This document shows, in pieces, positions 59,266 through 64,000 of a stretch of 64,000 bases of DNA (position 1 is the stretch's first letter; every line of letters starts with the position of its first letter). The position numbers were made by a program, and so were the translations under genes. The DNA comes from Bacteroidota bacterium (GTDB lineage: Bacteria > Bacteroidota > Bacteroidia > M30B66). The notes beneath the pieces are model-generated. The model was not told where the DNA came from, did not search any database, and saw only the letters and a list, made by a program, of their open reading frames with translations. The DNA lies in contig JAIXYK010000061.1 in NCBI GenBank assembly GCA_027490225.1, positions 65,695 to 129,694 on the forward strand, given 5' to 3'.

Positions 59266-61485
59266 ATGAAAAACTTAATTTACCAATTTTTGGGAATACT
59301 ATTATTGTTAAGCCCATACTATTCTTATGCTCAGCAGCCAACTATTCAAGATTGTTTAGGGGCTATAAATGTGTGTAATGGTTCTGTAATAAATACAACA
59401 AATTTAAATGGAGAGGGTAATTATATATCAGAAGTTAATGGAGCAATTTCATGCTTAAATAGTGGAGAGCGAAACAACTTTTGGATAAAGTTCACTATTT
59501 TACAATCAGGATTATTAGGTATTAAATTAACTCCCGATAATTTTAGCGATATAGATTTTGCTTTATTTAATTTAACCAATGCGACATGTAGCGATATCTC
59601 AATTGAGCCATCGTTAGAAGTGTCCTGTAATTTTAGCGGTAATACTTTTCCTGATCCCACTACAGGACTTTCCAGTAACTTTAATGAGCCTCAAATGAAC
59701 CCGATGATTCCTGTTACTGAAGGCGAAATATTTTATTTATTAGTAAATAATTTTGCTGGTTCTAACTCAGGAACAGTAAGTATTGATTTTAGTGAATCTA
59801 CTTGTCTTATAGCAGATTGCAATAATATTTTTGGAAATATTTATTTGAATACTGATTTAGATTGTTCTTACAATTCAGATGATTATACTGTTCCTTTTAG
59901 TCAAGTAGGAATTAGGAATATAGGTAACAATTACGTTTATAATGGTTATTCTGATGAGAATGGAAATTTTGTAATTCAGTATCCGCTGGATTTTGGGAAT
60001 TATGAGTTTATTTATAACTACAATACAGAGTTGTTTAATAGCTGTAATTTTCCTGCCCCATTCACAAATTTTGGAGGAAGCACCATTGTTTCTGACACAG
60101 TTGAAATCGGATTAGCATCTCTGATTAGTTGCACACAATTAAACATTGCTCATTCAGCCAATATTTTAAGGCCATGCAGGACTAATTATCGCCACATTCA
60201 AGTGAAAAATGAAGGAACGCAGGTTGCTGTTAATCCACTTATAAGTGTTGATTACAATCCTTTAGTAATACCTTTGAGTGCAAATTACCCGTTTACTATA
60301 ATTGGTGATTCTGTCATATTTCAATTGCCATCCATAAATCCATTTGCAAGCATTCAAATACTAATTTTAGATTCTGTTTCATGTGATGCAGTTGCTAATG
60401 ATTTAATTTGCATGAATGCAGAAACTAATATTGAAAACACTTGCCCAATAAATCAAGCAAATGGCAACTATTCTGTAAAGTTTGATTGCTCACAGAATAA
60501 ATTAATTATAAAAAACGAGAATAACACTGATTTGACAAGCTTTTGCTATTATTATAGTATTGATACCACGCTCGGAATAGTAAATTATGGTTATTTTAAT
60601 CTATCATTCGGTGATTCGTTAATTAGAGATTTTTACTTGGAAGAAAACGAGGCAATTACTTTATTTATTCAGAATGAGTTAGGCAATTTAATTTTTAATG
60701 GTCAACTTTATTGTACAAATCAAGATACAGTAGCATTGAGCAATGATTTAGATAATATTCAATTTAGTAATAGTACCAATTGTGAAATTATCCGAAATAG
60801 TTACGATCCTAATGATAAAACGGGCTTTCCAGCAGGTATAAGTGAAGAAAATGTAATTATGCGAAACCAAGAGATTAAATACAGAATTAGGTTTCAAAAT
60901 ACAGGAAATGATACTGCTTTTGTTGTTATTATTAGAGATACTTTAGAACAGTTTTTAAATCCAAGTTCGGTAAGAGTTGGTATGTCTAGCCATGCTTATA
61001 CATTTGCTCAAGAAGGAAATAAAATGGCATTTACATTCAACAATATTCTTTTACCAGATTCTACAACCAACGAGCCTGTTAGCCATGGTTTTGTAGATTT
61101 TTTCGTGAAACAAAATTCGGATAATCCACCAAATTATTTTATCAATAACACTGCTCACATTTATTTTGATTTTAATGATGCAATTGTAACCAATACTTAC
61201 ACTTATGAAGTAAAAGAAATTGGTGTTGGAATAAATAAAATAGAAGATAAAAAATCGAATTTATTTTTCCCAAATCCTTCAAATGGAATACTTTATACAA
61301 ATTCGAAATTAGATAAAAACGTTCACTTGAATGTCTATAACTTGCAAGGAAATATAGTAGGAACTGTTTTTCCAGAAATGAATAAAAATACATTTGAGTT
61401 GCCTAATACCTTGATAAATGGAATTTATTTTTTAGTAAGCACTTCAAAAGATATTTCACCTCAAAAAATAATTTTAAATCGATAA
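59266..61485 (+). CDS. T9SS-secreted multidomain protein with type-A CTD
   Basis: It has a signal peptide. 'SYDPNDK...IKYRIRFQNTGNDTAFVVIIRDTL' is a conserved beta-sandwich repeat. The C-terminus is 'LFFPNPSNGILYT...GIYFLVSTS'. Confidence 0.75.
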   Translation: MKNLIYQFLGILLLLSPYYSYAQQPTIQDCLGAINVCNGSVINTTNLNGEGNYISEVNGAISCLNSGERNNFWIKFTILQSGLLGIKLTPDNFSDIDFALFNLTNATCSDISIEPSLEVSCNFSGNTFPDPTTGLSSNFNEPQMNPMIPVTEGEIFYLLVNNFAGSNSGTVSIDFSESTCLIADCNNIFGNIYLNTDLDCSYNSDDYTVPFSQVGIRNIGNNYVYNGYSDENGNFVIQYPLDFGNYEFIYNYNTELFNSCNFPAPFTNFGGSTIVSDTVEIGLASLISCTQLNIAHSANILRPCRTNYRHIQVKNEGTQVAVNPLISVDYNPLVIPLSANYPFTIIGDSVIFQLPSINPFASIQILILDSVSCDAVANDLICMNAETNIENTCPINQANGNYSVKFDCSQNKLIIKNENNTDLTSFCYYYSIDTTLGIVNYGYFNLSFGDSLIRDFYLEENEAITLFIQNELGNLIFNGQLYCTNQDTVALSNDLDNIQFSNSTNCEIIRNSYDPNDKTGFPAGISEENVIMRNQEIKYRIRFQNTGNDTAFVVIIRDTLEQFLNPSSVRVGMSSHAYTFAQEGNKMAFTFNNILLPDSTTNEPVSHGFVDFFVKQNSDNPPNYFINNTAHIYFDFNDAIVTNTYTYEVKEIGVGINKIEDKKSNLFFPNPSNGILYTNSKLDKNVHLNVYNLQGNIVGTVFPEMNKNTFELPNTLINGIYFLVSTSKDISPQKIILNR

Positions 61486-61487
61486 CA

Positions 61488-62615
61488 TCATTCATTAAAA
61501 GCCTTCTCCACGGCTTCCCAAAGTTTATTTGCAGTATTATCCCAAGAAAAGGCTTTTCGGCGTTTTAAACCTTTAGTTATTAATTCTTGCCTTAGGTTTT
61601 CATCTTCACTGATGCGTTTCATTTTCTCCGCAATTTCATTTTTATCCAATGGATTTACCAACAAAGCTGCATCACCCGCAACTTCAGGCATTGAGGTAAC
61701 ATTTCCTGCAATTACGGGTGTTCCCGCAGAAAATGCTTCTAAGATTGGAATTCCAAATCCTTCGAACACAGGAACGTATGTTAAGGCCAGGGCAGAAGCT
61801 AACAATTTTGAAAGTACTTCAGGATTTAAGCGTCCCATGAATTTAACATCTGCTTTATATTGCATGGCCTGAAATGTAGTTTCGTGCGCATTGTCCCACC
61901 ATTTTTTTTCTCCAATTACAACCAATAAGGTATCATTTCCTGTTTGTTTTTTGTAAACATCGAATGCTTGTAAAAGCGTTATTAAATTTTTGCGTGGAAT
62001 AATTAATCCAATAAATAAAAAGTATTCTTTTCCATTTGTAAATTCTTGTTTTACAGCACTTTGTTCATCAATAGAAATTGGTTTGTATTTATCGTTGCAG
62101 CCATTATGTGCAACAGTTATTTTTTCGGGATTTATGTTATAACTTTTTACGATATCTTGTTTGGTGTATTCAGAAACTGTTGCTATTTGCGTAGCTTTTT
62201 TTGCAAATTTTGGAAAGAAATAATTGTAATACCGGCGCACAATTGGCGGTAAATATTGCGGTAAATGCAAGAAATTTAAATCATGAATTACTGCAACTGA
62301 TTTAACTTCTGTAGATAAAGAAAGATGCCCATCAGGACTTAAAAAAACATCTACTTTATATTTTTTTAAAGCGCGAGTAATTTGTATTTCAAACCAGGGA
62401 ATAAATATTAAAACATGTCTTGTTGGCGGCGGTAAAACAACACCTTTAACATTTTTTTCGAAGATAAATGATGCGTCGAATGGCCTGTCAAAAAAGAAAA
62501 TAAACTGATGTTCGGGATGGTTTTTCGTGATACGAATTAATGTTTCGTAGGTAAACCAACCGATTCCTTCGAGTTTGTTTTTTTGTAATAAACGTGTATT
62601 TACTCCAATTACCAC
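61488..62615 (-). CDS. Glycosyltransferase, GT-B fold (GT4-like)
   Basis: 'LTYVPVFEGFGIPILEAFSAGTPVIAGNVTSMPEVAGDAALLVNP' is the EX7E region. Confidence 0.85.
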   Translation of the reverse strand: MVIGVNTRLLQKNKLEGIGWFTYETLIRITKNHPEHQFIFFFDRPFDASFIFEKNVKGVVLPPPTRHVLIFIPWFEIQITRALKKYKVDVFLSPDGHLSLSTEVKSVAVIHDLNFLHLPQYLPPIVRRYYNYFFPKFAKKATQIATVSEYTKQDIVKSYNINPEKITVAHNGCNDKYKPISIDEQSAVKQEFTNGKEYFLFIGLIIPRKNLITLLQAFDVYKKQTGNDTLLVVIGEKKWWDNAHETTFQAMQYKADVKFMGRLNPEVLSKLLASALALTYVPVFEGFGIPILEAFSAGTPVIAGNVTSMPEVAGDAALLVNPLDKNEIAEKMKRISEDENLRQELITKGLKRRKAFSWDNTANKLWEAVEKAFNE

Positions 62616-62621
62616 AATAAA

Positions 62622-63317
62622 TTACCTTAAAACAAATTGAACACCTGCTGTAATTCTTGGAATTTCTGCCAAATTTTTATCACCATAAAATGCATTCGAG
62701 ATGCGATATTGACCGAAGAATATTATTTTCTTTAATCCTATTCTGGCTTGTATTCCATAATTGAATCTTTGAAAATAATTTACACCGCTCCGTCTTGCTC
62801 TAACAACACTTCCATCTGTCAATTTATATTTGCTAAATTCAGTAAAAGCGATAACAGTTTCGTAATATGGTGCCATGTCGAAATAATTTCCTAAAACATT
62901 TCCTCTTTTCCCGAAATTAACTCTGAAATATGGACTTAATTGTAAATCATAATAATAGAATCTTTGTTTCTGATTTACAGAGGTGTCGGGAGTGGTTTTT
63001 TGATTGTTTTGCTTAATAGAAAAAGCGTAGTTGGTGTATGAAAATTCAAATCCAACGGAGAAAATATTATTGATTCTTCTTTTATATCGCAAGCCCAAAG
63101 CAAATTGATCTAGATTGGGTTGAACCACAGTTGCTCCTTTTTCACCAGCATCAACAGCCATTCCAAAACCCATAAACGGGTGCCAAAAATGTTTTCTATT
63201 GGGTCCTTTTTTTTCTATGGTAGAATCAATTGCAGGATCCTTTTTGAGCAATATTTCTTGTCCATTTATTTGTAATGAAATATTTAAAAATAACAGTATT
63301 AAAATGCAATTTTTCAT
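62622..63317 (-). CDS. Putative small outer-membrane beta-barrel protein
   Basis: Signal peptide '...SLQINGQ', 231 aa, with alternating aromatic/hydrophobic beta-strand periodicity. Confidence 0.5.
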   Translation of the reverse strand: MKNCILILLFLNISLQINGQEILLKKDPAIDSTIEKKGPNRKHFWHPFMGFGMAVDAGEKGATVVQPNLDQFALGLRYKRRINNIFSVGFEFSYTNYAFSIKQNNQKTTPDTSVNQKQRFYYYDLQLSPYFRVNFGKRGNVLGNYFDMAPYYETVIAFTEFSKYKLTDGSVVRARRSGVNYFQRFNYGIQARIGLKKIIFFGQYRISNAFYGDKNLAEIPRITAGVQFVLR

Positions 63318-63319
63318 GC

Positions 63320-64000
63320 TTAAAATTTAAATTCTTTAAAATAGTTCTTATATGATATTCTGATTTTGTTTCCTGTAATGGCCTTCGACATTGGAATTAG
63401 TTCAATTTCTTGTTGACTAACATTTAGTACAAAATAATTTTCAATTTTATCAGCTGTATTTATTATTTGATAATACAATAATTGACGACCACTAAATTCA
63501 TCTTTCGTGAACGCCGAATCATTTATAGTTACCTTATAAAAGATTTCTTCTGGGTTATAGAATTGCAAATTACTCACATCTGGTTTAATAAAATCGAACG
63601 TAGGTGTTGTATTTTTTCCACTTAAGTAATTGGTAGAATTTGGAATTCCATACCCATGAGCATAATCGTAATAAGGAAATAAATTGCTACTTTTTTCAAC
63701 CAGTTTAAATATCTCCATGTTGTTGAGCGATTTGTTTTGTTGCCAGATACAAGCTGCAAAACCAGCCACTAATGGACTAGAAAAAGAAGTTCCATTGATA
63801 TTACCATATCCATTTTCTTTGGCGCAATAAACCAAGCCCTGGGCTGCTACATTTGGTTTTAATCTTAAATCGCTGGTTGGTCCAAAAGAGCTGAAATTTA
63901 TGTGATAATCGCAACAAGGTTTTACACCACCAACTGTAAGCACAGAATCTGCATCAGCAGGCGCTGCAATGGTTTCCCACACTTTATCCCCATCGTTACC
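63320..64000 (-). CDS. S8 (subtilisin-family) serine peptidase, C-terminal part (5' end beyond window)
   Basis: Catalytic Ser motif 'NGTSFSSPLVAGFAA'. The frame stays open upstream of the track's GTG (63982) through to base 64000. Confidence 0.8.
   Translation of the reverse strand, partial: GNDGDKVWETIAAPADADSVLTVGGVKPCCDYHINFSSFGPTSDLRLKPNVAAQGLVYCAKENGYGNINGTSFSSPLVAGFAACIWQQNKSLNNMEIFKLVEKSSNLFPYYDYAHGYGIPNSTNYLSGKNTTPTFDFIKPDVSNLQFYNPEEIFYKVTINDSAFTKDEFSGRQLLYYQIINTADKIENYFVLNVSQQEIELIPMSKAITGNKIRISYKNYFKEFKF

Noticed and set aside
1-64000. Defence islands, prophage, IS elements, integrases, toxin-antitoxin pairs and biosynthetic gene clusters
   Set aside because: No nuclease, helicase, RT, TIR, integrase, transposase, capsid, NRPS or PKS motifs were recognised in any ORF of 60 aa or more. 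The window reads as core chromosome plus surface-protein loci.

Overview
AT-rich chromosomal segment, very probably from a member of the Bacteroidota. The evidence is three proteins ending in type-A T9SS C-terminal sorting domains, TAnnTTTG -7 promoter boxes, a FISUMP-domain lipoprotein, and a Sec/lipoprotein-rich surface proteome. I count about 55 densely packed protein-coding genes. I saw no rRNA, tRNA, CRISPR array, transposase, integrase or phage genes.

Content:
- (i) 1-9495 is a translationally coupled surface-polysaccharide operon. It holds a Wzc-like tail, a flippase-like gene, a Wzy-like polymerase, three GT-B glycosyltransferases, a hexapeptide acetyltransferase and an unusual 856-aa three-module kinase-like fusion. 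A membrane-anchored AraC regulator follows.
- (ii) Housekeeping genes: tyrS, thrS-infC-rpmI-rplT, lysS, dnaA, mutL, rimM-rpsP, several rRNA/tRNA methyltransferases and alkB.
- (iii) Metabolism: a divergent cyanophycinase/cyanophycin synthetase pair, fused isobutyryl-CoA mutase (IcmF), 3-hydroxyacyl-CoA dehydrogenase, NDH-2, a split 5'-nucleotidase and proline iminopeptidase.
- (iv) Surface and T9SS genes, including a tight five-gene operon of unknown function (27797-33788).

Hunt result: I found no hallmark of a defence, toxin or mobile system, so I cannot support a claim of a complete novel system. The features least explained by known annotation are:
- (a) Two diverged, mutually inverted copies of a ~130-nt GC-rich element (50483-50614 and 55011-55137). 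Their indels coincide with hairpins, which suggests a structured RNA or MITE-like repeat.
- (b) The 856-aa kinase/NTase/P-loop fusion inside the polysaccharide operon.
- (c) The uncharacterised lipoprotein / beta-barrel / T9SS-cargo / FkbM operon.
- (d) A Kazal-like cysteine-rich mini-lipoprotein.
- (e) A 777-bp ORF-free AT-rich spacer.

All functional calls rest on motif recognition by eye. No database search was run.
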